Below, one piece after another: positions 42,367 to 43,581 of a DNA stretch of 43,581 bases (its first letter is position 1; every line of letters begins with the position of its first letter). Source of the stretch: a virus. Taxonomy: Duplodnaviria > Caudoviricetes. The position numbers and the translations under genes were made by a program. The notes under the pieces are model-generated. The model worked only from the letters and a program-made list of their open reading frames with translations, was not told where the DNA came from and searched no databases. The stretch spans positions 1-43,581 of the IMG/VR virus record IMGVR_UViG_3300018476_000006; one strand, written 5' to 3'.

Positions 42367-43068
42367 CTACAGGGTCCAAAACTCGTCGGGGCGCACCGCG
42401 CGCGCCTCGTTCATGTCGAGCGTGCCGTCGTAGTCGCCACCAGAGGGCACCACGGTCGCGTAAGCGGCCACGGCCACCGGCGCGAGCACCGGCGTCACCT
42501 TGGCGCTGCCGCGCGGCTTGTGGGGCAGCCCGTAACGCTTGGCGCACACCGGGCCGTAGCCGACCTCGATGCTGCCCTCGTCGGTCAGCCCCTGCGTGCA
42601 GAAGCTGCACTGGCCCGTGAGGCGGCCGTAGGCGGCGCCGGCGGCGGCCGGGTCGGCCGCGATGGCGCGCAGCGCGTCGACCAGTTCCGGCGCGATGCCG
42701 TAGGCCGTGCCGTCGGCGGTGACCTTGCCGGCATACTCGCCGCGCACCTTGACGTAGACCGCGCCGGGGTTCTTGCCCGTCAGCGGGGCCAGCGACAACG
42801 CTAGCTCGCCGGCGCCCGGGGCGGCGAAGCGCACGCGGGGCGACTTGAGACCGCGCTCGCGGGCGCCCGACAGGAACGCGACGACCGGTGCGAGGTCGAC
42901 CGTCGGGGCCGGCGCGGTGACGACCGGCGCGGCCGCGCGCAGGGTCGCGCAGAGGTGGATGTCGGCGTGCTTGCTGCCGACGCCGCGCGTCCAGTCGATG
43001 ACGGTGCCGGGCGCGATGGTGGTCTTGCAGGCGGTGCAGGTGCTGGCGAACTTGGCGGTGATGGTCAT
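42367..43068 (-). CDS. DUF6011 domain zinc-binding protein
   Basis: AKFASTCTAC N-terminus; YGRLTGQCSFCTQGLTDEGSIEVGYGPVCA. Confidence 0.85.
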   Translation of the reverse strand: MTITAKFASTCTACKTTIAPGTVIDWTRGVGSKHADIHLCATLRAAAPVVTAPAPTVDLAPVVAFLSGARERGLKSPRVRFAAPGAGELALSLAPLTGKNPGAVYVKVRGEYAGKVTADGTAYGIAPELVDALRAIAADPAAAGAAYGRLTGQCSFCTQGLTDEGSIEVGYGPVCAKRYGLPHKPRGSAKVTPVLAPVAVAAYATVVPSGGDYDGTLDMNEARAVRPDEFWTL

Positions 43069-43116
43069 TGTCGTTTCCTCGGTCCCGGGGGCGACCCAAC
43101 GCCGCCCCACCAGAAG

Positions 43117-43146
43117 AGTATAGGGCAGCGTTGGGTTTCCTGTCAA
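43117..43146 (-). promoter_or_regulatory. sigma70-type early promoter TTGACA-18-TATACT with AACCCAACG
   Basis: Near-consensus; conserved architecture. Confidence 0.9.
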
Positions 43147-43174
43147 CCCCCGGATGTTTGCTAGGGTTTTGGCC

Positions 43175-43581
43175 TCACACCCCCTCATCGAAGAGCTTGT
43201 TGACCCGGGCGCGCAGGTGGTCGCGCGACTGCTGCAGCCGGGCGTTCTGCTGGGCGAGGTCGACCACGGTCTCGCGCGCCAGCTGCAGCACCGCCGCCGC
43301 GTCGTCCAGCATCCGCACCAGTTCCGACAGGTTGGCGCCGATGCGCTGCTCGTCGGCCTTCACGGTGGCCGCCGTGGGCGCCGGCGGCGGCGCCTCCTCG
43401 ACCACCTCGGGGACCGGCACCGGGGCCGGCACGGCCACCGGCCGGCGCCGCGCCAGAAGGTCGGGCACCTGCCGCGCCTGTTCGGCGGCCTCGGCCTCGG
43501 CCATCACGCGCGCGGCCAGCGCCTCGCGCTCGACCGACAAGGCCGCCTCGTCCCGGGGGACGACCCCCAGCGACACGCTGA
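43175..43581 (-). CDS. 3' part of junction-spanning protein that starts at 736
   Basis: Same frame across the terminal repeat; coiled-coil C-terminus. Confidence 0.75.
   Translation of the reverse strand, partial: SVSLGVVPRDEAALSVEREALAARVMAEAEAAEQARQVPDLLARRRPVAVPAPVPVPEVVEEAPPPAPTAATVKADEQRIGANLSELVRMLDDAAAVLQLARETVVDLAQQNARLQQSRDHLRARVNKLFDEGV
43459..43581. repeat. 123-bp direct terminal repeat (copy 2)
   Basis: Identical to 1-123. Confidence 0.97.

Noticed and set aside
40451-43146. Repeated CGTTGGGTTTCCTGTCAA as a CRISPR mini-array
   Set aside because: Copies are over 1 kb apart, separated by genes, and coincide with promoters; no cas operon (the PD-(D/E)XK gene sits with erf)

Overview
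The window is an apparently complete, circularly assembled high-GC (~70% by eye) tailed phage genome. Bases 1-123 are identical to 43459-43581, giving a ~43,458-bp unit, and one ORF reads across the junction. The architecture is podovirus-like (no tape measure or tail tube). + strand: HTH regulators; ERF/PD-(D/E)XK recombination genes; a structured non-coding putative origin beside a headless initiator; RusA; TerS/TerL; portal; GroES-like co-chaperonin; scaffold; capsid; decoration/LamG proteins; adaptor; nozzle; fibre; and ejection proteins ending in a ~1,765-aa polyvalent protein with ADP-ribosyltransferase-like and glycosylase-like domains. - strand: an arm of small early genes (DUF932, DUF6011, HEXXH peptidase). 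I recognised no integrase, polymerase, helicase, endolysin, tRNA or CRISPR array. Most notable observations: (1) a small gene whose optional N-terminus copies the major capsid protein N-terminus with synonymous divergence; (2) a PEP-CTERM surface-protein moron between terminase and portal; (3) an Acb2/Tad1-like sponge candidate between TerS and TerL; (4) five near-consensus sigma70 promoter cassettes sharing an AACCCAACG operator, four of them also with a 5' hairpin and CCGAGGA RBS. The PEP-CTERM gene implies a diderm, exosortase-encoding host; Acidobacteriota is plausible but unproven. All family assignments come from motif recognition by eye, not database searches.
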